Below, piece after piece: positions 1-6,319 of a stretch of DNA of 11,469 bases. The notes under the pieces are model-generated. The model saw only the letters and a list, made by a program, of their open reading frames with translations, searched no databases and was not told the origin of the DNA. Position numbers and translations under genes: made by a program. The stretch lies in contig JAVYME010000034.1 in the NCBI GenBank assembly GCA_038736825.1, forward strand, positions 1-11,469. The letters run 5' to 3'. This DNA is from Candidatus Iainarchaeum sp. Lineage in GTDB: Archaea; Iainarchaeota; Iainarchaeia; Iainarchaeales; DTGL01. The first letter of the stretch is position 1. Each line of letters starts with the position of its first letter.

Positions 1-125
1 GCCTTGCAATAGAGCCGGCAATATACGGAGAATTCGGCGGAATAAGAATAGAAGACAATTATGCAATGGAAAGAAAGGGCTTGAAGCCCCTTTCAAGAGC
101 ACCAAAGGAATTGATTGAAATCTGA
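1..125 (+). CDS. M24-family metallopeptidase (Xaa-Pro dipeptidase/aminopeptidase-like), C-terminal 40 codons only; 5' end lies outside the window
   Basis: Frame 3 is open from the window edge and reads LAIEPAIYGEFGGIRIEDNYAMERKGLKPLSRAPKELIEI, with stop TGA at 123-125. The block EP.iY....GG[IV]RIED followed by ~20 aa is, as I recall it, the conserved C-terminal metal-ligand segment of the pita-bread (M24) fold. It is absent from the ORF track because it is truncated and under 60 aa. Confidence 0.7.
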   Translation, partial: LAIEPAIYGEFGGIRIEDNYAMERKGLKPLSRAPKELIEI

Positions 126-164
126 AGGGAATCACTGCAAATAAAACGCACAAAAAGGAACGGA

Positions 165-195
165 TTTTTGCAATAAAAACCAAAACTGCCTTTTT
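165..195. terminator. Candidate bidirectional termination zone between convergent genes
   Basis: T5 runs at 165-169 and 191-195 could serve the plus-strand peptidase gene. The A5 run at 175-179 is a T5 on the minus strand and could serve ORF 226-1278. Called from motif only. Confidence 0.25.
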
Positions 196-225
196 AACCC
201 GGATTGTTAACAAGAATGGTTCATT

Positions 226-1278
226 CTAGCCTGAATTGTTAGCCTCTCTGGCTATCCTGCCAGAGCAAAGAACATTGAAGTCTTCAGTCAAACCCTCATA
301 AGAAAAACTGACAGTTATCTTGCCATTGCCAAAAATTGATCCTGCTTTCGGAGCATTGATTCCGCTTATTGTAAAAGTTTCGTTTGCTTGAACAGGCGAG
401 CCTTCAATTGTTCCTGTTCCAGAAAAATCGCCAGCCCCAACAGCACTATTTACTGAAATCTCTTTTCCAGTGCCATTAATTAAAGTAATGCTCACTCTGT
501 CGGCTCCTGCAGAAAGTTTCTCGTCTTTTACAGAAAAATCATAGTTCATTGAGTTGCATGTTATTTCATCCACTCCAATTTCGCTCTGTAAATCTAGCAC
601 ATACAAAAACATTGCAAAGCCTGCCGGCATGGCGCAATCCATTAAAGACTCGAATTCCGTTTCAGAGAGATTATAGGTTTTCATGAACCAGTCCTTTGAG
701 GTTTTCATTTGTTTTTCAAGTTGCAAGTTGTATTCCTTCCAATTGGATGCAAGGGAAACAGCGCTTTCAGGCATGGCTGGCAGAACTGCATTTCTTGAAT
801 TCAAATCCACTTCAACCACTTTGCCGTCAAAATCCTTCAAAGAACCAGATTGAACAAACTGCTTTTTGAGTTCTTCGCTCGGACAATCCTTGGAGGCAAC
901 CAAATAATATGAAACCTTGTATTTTCCTTCACTTGCAAGCACTGCCTTTTTTTCAAATGAAGGCACGCAAGACATGGCTTTTCTAAAATAGGGCTCCAGT
1001 TCAGATTTTTGCTTTCCTGGAACAATAGAGCCACTCATTTTTTCTGCAATTGAAGCGTATTTTTCAAAATCGCATTTTTTTGCCCTTTCCAGCAAAGAGG
1101 AATTCCAGGCAATAACTTTCCCGAAATCAGATTCGTCAGAAATCTTGATTGCCTCTTCCACTGGGGGAACCGTTGGCGTCTGGGTGGGCGTCGGTGTTGA
1201 CTGGCGTTCAGGCTGATTGCAGCCACTTAAAAGAAGCAATACTGCAATAAAAGCAAAAAACAATTTTTTTGATTCCAT
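226..1278 (-). CDS. Exported lipobox protein of unknown family: paralogous 4-Cys domain plus an extra C-terminal beta-rich domain
   Basis: This is a 350-aa ORF. ATG (1276-1278) is preceded on the minus strand by GGGAGG (1287-1292) with an 8-nt spacer. The N-terminus MESKKLFFAFIAVLLLLSGC has a charged n-region, a hydrophobic core and the lipobox L-S-G-C (Cys20 = 1219-1221), followed by the Pro/Thr linker TPTPTQTPTVPP. Residues ~41-235 align by eye with ORF 1303-2049, with four conserved Cys. The last ~110 aa (G/S/T/V-rich, ...ISVNSAVGAGDFSGTGTIEG...) have no counterpart in the paralog. Confidence 0.8.
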   Translation of the reverse strand: MESKKLFFAFIAVLLLLSGCNQPERQSTPTPTQTPTVPPVEEAIKISDESDFGKVIAWNSSLLERAKKCDFEKYASIAEKMSGSIVPGKQKSELEPYFRKAMSCVPSFEKKAVLASEGKYKVSYYLVASKDCPSEELKKQFVQSGSLKDFDGKVVEVDLNSRNAVLPAMPESAVSLASNWKEYNLQLEKQMKTSKDWFMKTYNLSETEFESLMDCAMPAGFAMFLYVLDLQSEIGVDEITCNSMNYDFSVKDEKLSAGADRVSITLINGTGKEISVNSAVGAGDFSGTGTIEGSPVQANETFTISGINAPKAGSIFGNGKITVSFSYEGLTEDFNVLCSGRIAREANNSG

Positions 1279-1286
1279 TAATTATT

Positions 1287-1292
1287 CCTCCC
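1287..1292 (-). promoter_or_regulatory. Shine-Dalgarno site (GGGAGG) for ORF 226-1278
   Basis: The plus strand reads CCTCCC. On the minus strand this is GGGAGG-AATAATTA-ATG. Confidence 0.6.
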
Positions 1293-1302
1293 AAAAACAG
1301 CA

Positions 1303-2049
1303 TTATTCTCCATATGAGCCCCCCATTCCATCCAATGCATCCATAAAATACTTATACATTGCCATGCTTCCTGTTAGCGAACAACCCAAAACCGCTTTGG
1401 TGTCCTTGCCGCCAAGCTCTTCAGCATTCTTTAACTCGGTTTCAATTTTTTCCAGTTCCTCCTGCCAGGATGAAAAAACTGAATCTTCAGGCAGAGGCGG
1501 CAATTCAGCCTTTTTCTCTTTCAAGTCCACTTTCAAGGAAACACTTTCAATGCCAAGCTTGTTTGCATCCAGAAAGCCGGCAATAGTGTTGTCATCGCAA
1601 GATGCAGGAACCTTAATTGAATAAAGAACATCAAATTTCCAGTCAGCTTTCTTTTCCGCTTTTTTGGAAAGCGAGGGAATGCACTTGCTTGCACTCTCAA
1701 AATAAGGCCTCATTTCGTCCTTATCTTCTTCTGTTACAGCAACACCAGAGTGCTTTTCCGCAAAAGAAACGAACTTTTCAAAATCACATTTTTTGGCTTC
1801 CACAAAAAGGTCTTCATAAAAGAGCGCCACTTTGCCGAACGCGGTTTCATCTGCAAAAGCAATTGCTTCAGCCTCAGTTCCTGTTGACTGAAAAAACCCG
1901 CTGAAAAAAACAAAAGCCAGTGCAATCACCAAAACCAAAAAAACTGCAATGGCAAACAAGAATTTTTTAGAACCAGCATTGGGAGTGAAATTCTCTTTTT
2001 TACCAGTCACATCACTGTCTCTCTTTTTATCTTTTTTACTCAAACCCAT
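1303..2049 (-). CDS. Signal-anchored paralog of ORF 226-1278 (unknown family)
   Basis: The ORF track gives 1303-2091. However, the internal ATG at 2047-2049 (MGLSKKDKKRD...) is preceded by GGAGG (2059-2063, minus strand) across a T9 spacer, so I call 2049 as the start. The protein has a basic N-tail and one TM (FLFAIAVFLVLVIALAFVFFSGFF, ~1891-1962). After the TM comes a domain sharing roughly half its residues with the downstream ORF in a hand-aligned ~70-aa block (AKKCDFEK, PYF, C.PS..KKA). Only a 24-nt gap separates it from the next gene on the same strand, so co-transcription is likely. Confidence 0.8.
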   Translation of the reverse strand: MGLSKKDKKRDSDVTGKKENFTPNAGSKKFLFAIAVFLVLVIALAFVFFSGFFQSTGTEAEAIAFADETAFGKVALFYEDLFVEAKKCDFEKFVSFAEKHSGVAVTEEDKDEMRPYFESASKCIPSLSKKAEKKADWKFDVLYSIKVPASCDDNTIAGFLDANKLGIESVSLKVDLKEKKAELPPLPEDSVFSSWQEELEKIETELKNAEELGGKDTKAVLGCSLTGSMAMYKYFMDALDGMGGSYGE

Positions 2050-2058
2050 AAAAAAAAA

Positions 2059-2063
2059 CCTCC
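2059..2063 (-). promoter_or_regulatory. Shine-Dalgarno site (GGAGG) for ORF 1303-2049, separated from the ATG by a T9 homopolymer
   Basis: The plus strand reads CAT-AAAAAAAAA-CCTCC (2047-2063). On the minus strand this is GGAGG-T9-ATG. Confidence 0.6.
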
Positions 2064-2120
2064 ACGCAACAACATAATAATAGTGCTTCATTATTAATCT
2101 TTGTGATTCTCGAGAACAGA

Positions 2121-2126
2121 TTTATA
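2121..2126 (+). promoter_or_regulatory. Candidate archaeal TATA box (TTTATA) in the divergent intergenic region upstream of the giant ORF
   Basis: TTTATA lies at 2121-2126, 33 nt upstream of TTG 2159. With archaeal TATA-to-TSS spacing of ~25 nt, this implies a very short leader if 2159 is the start. Called from motif and position only. Confidence 0.3.
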
Positions 2127-2158
2127 ACTTCAAAAACCAGTCAAAAAAAAAGCAAAAC

Positions 2159-5100
2159 TTGTTGAAAAAGCCAAGTATTTCTAGAGAACAGCGACTCTTG
2201 CAAAGGATTAAATATTTCAAAAGCATAACTGTTTGTGGTGTTCTGTTGAGGCAAAAGGGTTTATCTCCGTTCCTTGTCGGCATTCTAATTGGTTTGGCTG
2301 CAGTTGGAGCAACCCTTGCGGTTGTCGGCATTGTAAAAGCCACAGAGCAGGGAAAAACCCCGCCGGCTGCCAAGCCAACAATCACTCCCACAATAACCCT
2401 TGCTCCAACAAAAACGCCAGCCAAAACCCCCACTGTTAGCCCCACGCCACAAAAAACCCCTCAAAAGACACCCACTCCTACTCAAACCCCAACACCAACT
2501 CCAATTCCAGACGAGGAAAGCGCATGCCAGACAGTGGATGGCGCTAATGGAATTACTGGATTGAAAGCGGTTGAAGGAGTGCTTTTCAATTGGGATTTTG
2601 AAAGCATTCAATATGATACTTGTGAAATAACAGGCAAAAACAGTTTTTTTTGCGATCCAGTCCAGTTTTCGCTCAGTCTTGCTTACAGGCTTGAAAGAAT
2701 AAAGGGCTTTGCGGAAAGCGGTGAAAGGGATAAAGCGCTTGCCTTAACAGAATTCAACTCTCTCTTAATTGCAGACAATTATTCGGAAGACTTCAAAAAG
2801 GATTTTGCGCATTATTATTCCAGCAGGTTCTATGAAACCCCTGCATGGTTTGCGCCTTGGAAACAATACTTTGAAGATTCGAAAAGGCTGAGGTTTTCTC
2901 CAGCCAACCTAAAGCCGAACGGTTCAGGGGTTTTCAGGGTAAAACTCAAACTTGAATTTGACAAAAACAAATTCGAGTTTTTTTCAAGCGGAAAGCCGGC
3001 GGCAAAAATAACTGTTGAATTCTCCAAAAAAGGCGATTTTGAAGGCAAAAAATCAATATTTCACGATATTCCGTTCAATGGAATGGTTGGCACAACAAGG
3101 GTTGATGAAGATGGCAACATTGAAAGAAAGGACTATGGAATTGGCTTTAAGGAAAACAGTCCAGTGCTTTTATTGCAGCAAGGCAGCCAGCTCGTGACTT
3201 CTAAAACAAAAAGCATAGTGAAAGAATTTGAGGTGATTTTGCAGGAAAATTTCAATGAAACCAACCAGTTTGGCGGCACAATTGCCTTTATTGATGAAAA
3301 AAAAGGCTTGATTGTTTTCACTCCGCAAAACGCGAAAACAGTGGTTGCCGCTGTTGAACCAAAAAACCGCAATGCCTACCTTTTCTACTGGATTTTTGAA
3401 AACAATAAATCAATCGGGCAAGGAAAGAAAAGCATGGCATGGTGGTCCCTTGTTGACAGCAAAAAAGCACCTGAAAACATTCAGCTCTCACAGTTTTCAA
3501 AACCAGTCCAGGACCTGAACCGCCAGCTCGCTGATTCATGCAAAAACGCAAAAGCGCAAGGAGGAACATCTTTTGGCTTTCACATAACCAGCATTCCAGA
3601 AGGCAAAAAAGCACTCCTCAAATCCCATTATTTCACTCCAGCGAAAAGCAATGTGTTCTTGGAAAACGCTTGCCCTGAAACAGCAACGCTTTTCACTGAA
3701 AACAGCCAAACTTCAACCTCGCAATTGCAGTTAAGCCTTTCCGACACCAACAATTCAATAAAACAATTCCATGAAATAATAGCCCTCACAATAAAACGCG
3801 AAATATGCGTTATCAACAAGGAAGGACAAGCATACTTTCAATGGAATGCTGAAACCCTCAGCGAACAAGAAAACAGGGCATTAAAACTTTTCAGGATTGA
3901 AGAAGCCAAGCCCTGCAAGGAAAGCGATTCAGGAAACAATCCAGAGCAAGGGGGAAAAACCGAAACAAAAAGTGAAAACAAAACAGACAATTGCTTTTTT
4001 GGAATATGGTTAAAGGAACACTATTGCGAAGGAGCAAAAATAGGGGACAAAATCTACAATTGCAACAATTATTGCAAGGAAAAATACGGGGGAAAGGCAG
4101 CAGGCTCTTGCCAAAACAATGCGCAAAACATTGGTTACTGCCTTTGCACCAACATACCAGCGCCTGAAAACCAAGAAAAAGAAGCATTCCTTGTATCTGA
4201 CAAGGACTGGCGAGCAGTTCTCTCGTTTGTACCGGTTGCCATCAGGACTGGAAGCGATGGCAAGACAAGCATGAAACCATTGCTGGTATTCCATGAAGAA
4301 GCATCCGGCTTTGATGCAGACTCAATAATATACTTCCTCCAACAATACAAGCCAAAAAAACTCACAATCATTGGCAGCACTCCAAGCGAATTAGACAGAA
4401 TACTCTTTGCAGACAGCCAAAACATGGTGCCCGGAAAAAGCTTTGGCGCAGGCCTAAAAACAGAACAGGTTTCAAGAACCAATCCAAAAGACTACAAAAA
4501 ATATTTTTCAAGCACTGAAAGCGCGGTTTTAGTGGAGGACAATTACGAGCTAGCGCTCTTGGCTTCAGCCTATGCCTCGCTCATTGGAGCGCCCCTTTTA
4601 ATAGAAGGATTTAATAGCGAGCAAGCACCAGAGGGAGCCAAAATTATTTGCATTGGCAACCCTAACGCTAATTGCAGTGAAAAATATTCGCTTTCAGAAC
4701 TGCAAAAAAAATACTTAACCGCTACAAAAACAGACAAAATAATCCTTGTCAACCCCCAAGACTTGGAATTGCACTTCAGTGAAAAATTTAAAGAATTAAA
4801 ACCAGAGAAAAGCAAAAATCCAGTCAAGGAATTATATGGAAAAACATCCTTGGCAGCGCCAATACTTGCTAGTGCAAAACAGGAACTGATTTTGAGCGTG
4901 AACTCAACAGATTATTTGGCAATTGATCGATTCATTGAAGGCAAAATTGCAAGCCTTAACCCTACCGCAAAATACCTTACAATAATTGCTTCTCCACCTG
5001 CAATCCCGATGGGCAAAAAACCAAACAATTATTTGAGCGCTGGTGCAATGGATGACTGGTTTGAAGAACTGGACAGGCATGTTTATGCTGACTTGGATGG

Positions 5101-6319
5101 CGACTACCTTTCAGACCTTGTGGTTGGAAGAATCATGGGCTTAACAGTTTCAGATGCTTCAGCCTATACTGCAAGAGTCCTTTTCTATAACGAAATATTG
5201 AATTCAAAAAATTTCACCAACATTTGGTATCCTGATTTTCCCTTTAGATTGGGGACTGCGGCAAAAATGGACCGCCTTCTTTCCATGGCAGGATACCAAA
5301 AACAAAGCGTTCAAGTGTTAAATGCAGGCGGTCCCAAAAAAATCCAAAAAGAGCATTTGACGAACAAGCTTTGGATTGGATACTTAGACCATGGATGGTT
5401 CAATGGAGGGCACGACACGTTCACAACATATGGTTTGAGGGAAGCATCGGTTTGGTTTGAGCCAGCGGTTTTGTTTGTTGATGCTTGTTCTACTTGCGCT
5501 TTTGAAAAAAGCGAGTCAAGCTATGGTCTTTTCTGTGCCCACGCAATAAGGAGAGGGGCAATCGCATACTATGGAGCGGTTGAAGACACTTGCCTGCCAT
5601 GGGACTTGCAGTTAATGGTTTTAAGCGAAATACTCAACGGCAAAGATGTTGGCAGCGCGTTAAGAGATTCTGGCAGCAAGGGAGCTGTTTACCCTGTGCT
5701 TCGCTATGATCCATTCTTTGTATTGATTGGTGATCCAACCCTAAAGCCTGTTTTTGCAGGAAAATCCCAAGAAATGTATTCAGGCAGTTCAGTGAATGTT
5801 CAAATAAATCAAGCAAAAAAAGAGATAGAAATAACCATTCCACCGCAAAAACTGGACATTACTGTCGACTTTAAAGCAGAAACTGCACTGAAAAACTATT
5901 TCATTGAATACAAAGGGTATGTTGGGGAAACCCCTCTGGGGGACATGACATCACACTGTGCTGGCTACATTAAGTCCTCAAGCAGGGCATCGGAAGAAGA
6001 GTTGTCCGAAAACTCGTTCGAGTTTGTATTGGAAAAACCAAAAGACTTGGTTCAATTCAAAAATGTGGAGCTCTGGGAGGGCTCCACCAAACTGCCAATA
6101 ACAGTGACTGCTTCCAAGAGAAGCGCATTTGAAGACGAAGAATTGACAATAAACAACCAAAGTTCAGAAAAATTCCAAATCAACCTTTCAGTGCCAAAGG
6201 GGAACAACAAGTATTTCTATTTCAAAATCAGCAGATACGCTCACTCTTCAATCAGCCAAGAAGAAATAATAAAAAGCAAAAACCTTGAAGGCTTAAAGGC
6301 GGTAATCCAATATGAATAG
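2159..6319 (+). CDS. Giant (about 1,360-1,386 aa) membrane-anchored mosaic surface protein with a clan-CD (C25/gingipain-like) cysteine peptidase core
   Basis: A single uninterrupted 4.1-kb ORF covers this span, and all antisense ORFs over it are short. Numbering is from TTG 2159. Residues 38-59 form a TM (FLVGILIGLAAVGATLAVVGIV) and 66-117 a Pro/Thr stalk. Residues 119-585 are an orphan region and 612-663 a Cys knot. Residues ~675-950 are alpha/beta repeats of the type AFLVSDKDWRAVLSFVPVAI...PLLVF...KKLTIIGS. The C25-like blocks are YLTIIASPPAIPMG, YADLDGDYLSDLVVGRIMG...ARVLFYNE, YLDHGWFNGGHD (His1078, 5390-5392), VLFVDACSTCAF (Cys1110, 5486-5488), GAIAYYGAVEDT and FVLIGDPTL. A ~200-aa C-terminal beta-rich region follows. 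There is no in-frame ATG near the 5' end, so the start must be TTG: 2159, 2198, or 2246 (the last with GGTG 5 nt upstream). Confidence 0.9.
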   Translation: MLKKPSISREQRLLQRIKYFKSITVCGVLLRQKGLSPFLVGILIGLAAVGATLAVVGIVKATEQGKTPPAAKPTITPTITLAPTKTPAKTPTVSPTPQKTPQKTPTPTQTPTPTPIPDEESACQTVDGANGITGLKAVEGVLFNWDFESIQYDTCEITGKNSFFCDPVQFSLSLAYRLERIKGFAESGERDKALALTEFNSLLIADNYSEDFKKDFAHYYSSRFYETPAWFAPWKQYFEDSKRLRFSPANLKPNGSGVFRVKLKLEFDKNKFEFFSSGKPAAKITVEFSKKGDFEGKKSIFHDIPFNGMVGTTRVDEDGNIERKDYGIGFKENSPVLLLQQGSQLVTSKTKSIVKEFEVILQENFNETNQFGGTIAFIDEKKGLIVFTPQNAKTVVAAVEPKNRNAYLFYWIFENNKSIGQGKKSMAWWSLVDSKKAPENIQLSQFSKPVQDLNRQLADSCKNAKAQGGTSFGFHITSIPEGKKALLKSHYFTPAKSNVFLENACPETATLFTENSQTSTSQLQLSLSDTNNSIKQFHEIIALTIKREICVINKEGQAYFQWNAETLSEQENRALKLFRIEEAKPCKESDSGNNPEQGGKTETKSENKTDNCFFGIWLKEHYCEGAKIGDKIYNCNNYCKEKYGGKAAGSCQNNAQNIGYCLCTNIPAPENQEKEAFLVSDKDWRAVLSFVPVAIRTGSDGKTSMKPLLVFHEEASGFDADSIIYFLQQYKPKKLTIIGSTPSELDRILFADSQNMVPGKSFGAGLKTEQVSRTNPKDYKKYFSSTESAVLVEDNYELALLASAYASLIGAPLLIEGFNSEQAPEGAKIICIGNPNANCSEKYSLSELQKKYLTATKTDKIILVNPQDLELHFSEKFKELKPEKSKNPVKELYGKTSLAAPILASAKQELILSVNSTDYLAIDRFIEGKIASLNPTAKYLTIIASPPAIPMGKKPNNYLSAGAMDDWFEELDRHVYADLDGDYLSDLVVGRIMGLTVSDASAYTARVLFYNEILNSKNFTNIWYPDFPFRLGTAAKMDRLLSMAGYQKQSVQVLNAGGPKKIQKEHLTNKLWIGYLDHGWFNGGHDTFTTYGLREASVWFEPAVLFVDACSTCAFEKSESSYGLFCAHAIRRGAIAYYGAVEDTCLPWDLQLMVLSEILNGKDVGSALRDSGSKGAVYPVLRYDPFFVLIGDPTLKPVFAGKSQEMYSGSSVNVQINQAKKEIEITIPPQKLDITVDFKAETALKNYFIEYKGYVGETPLGDMTSHCAGYIKSSSRASEEELSENSFEFVLEKPKDLVQFKNVELWEGSTKLPITVTASKRSAFEDEELTINNQSSEKFQINLSVPKGNNKYFYFKISRYAHSSISQEEIIKSKNLEGLKAVIQYE
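2354..2509 (+). repeat. Low-complexity Pro/Thr(-Lys/Gln) stalk-coding repeat inside the giant ORF
   Basis: Translates to KTPPAAKPTITPTITLAPTKTPAKTPTVSPTPQKTPQKTPTPTQTPTPTPIP. The DNA is an iterated ACN-CCN pattern. The mirror-image Gly/Val-rich ORFs on the minus strand (2122-2445, 2285-2611) are artefacts of this repeat. Confidence 0.8.

Noticed and set aside
204-213. Perfect 10-bp palindrome TTGTTAACAA just downstream of the ORF 226-1278 stop
   Set aside because: It is short and AT-rich, occurs once and has no flanking repeat partner, so it is compatible with chance in this composition. At most it is part of the convergent termination zone already listed.
837-2091. ORFs in the track overlapping the two paralog genes in other frames or on the opposite strand (837-1034 -, 1035-1226 -, 1217-1624 +, 1359-1586 +, 1617-1904 +, 1734-1925 -), plus the 14-codon N-terminal extension MKHYYYVVAWRFFF (2050-2091)
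   Set aside because: They lie entirely inside better-supported genes that have SD sites, signal sequences and mutual paralogy. Their translations are low-complexity or Cys/Arg/Leu-rich, as is typical of off-frame reading. The extension would bury the GGAGG-T9-ATG initiation signal inside coding sequence.
2122-2611. Minus-strand ORFs 2122-2445 (107 aa, Gly/Val-rich) and 2285-2611 (108 aa), plus the plus-strand frame-shifted 2233-2439
   Set aside because: They are mirror images of the Pro/Thr stalk repeat and TM region of the giant ORF. The hydrophobic Gly/Val runs are what antisense ACN-CCN repeats encode, and they have no start context.
2830-6160. About a dozen 60-115-aa ORFs on either strand inside the giant gene (for example 3318-3614 -, 4135-4482 -, 4570-4827 -, 5634-5843 -)
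   Set aside because: All are nested in a 4.1-kb uninterrupted ORF with recognisable protein motifs. They are expected by chance in AT-rich sequence where antisense stop codons are depleted by Lys/Glu-rich coding.
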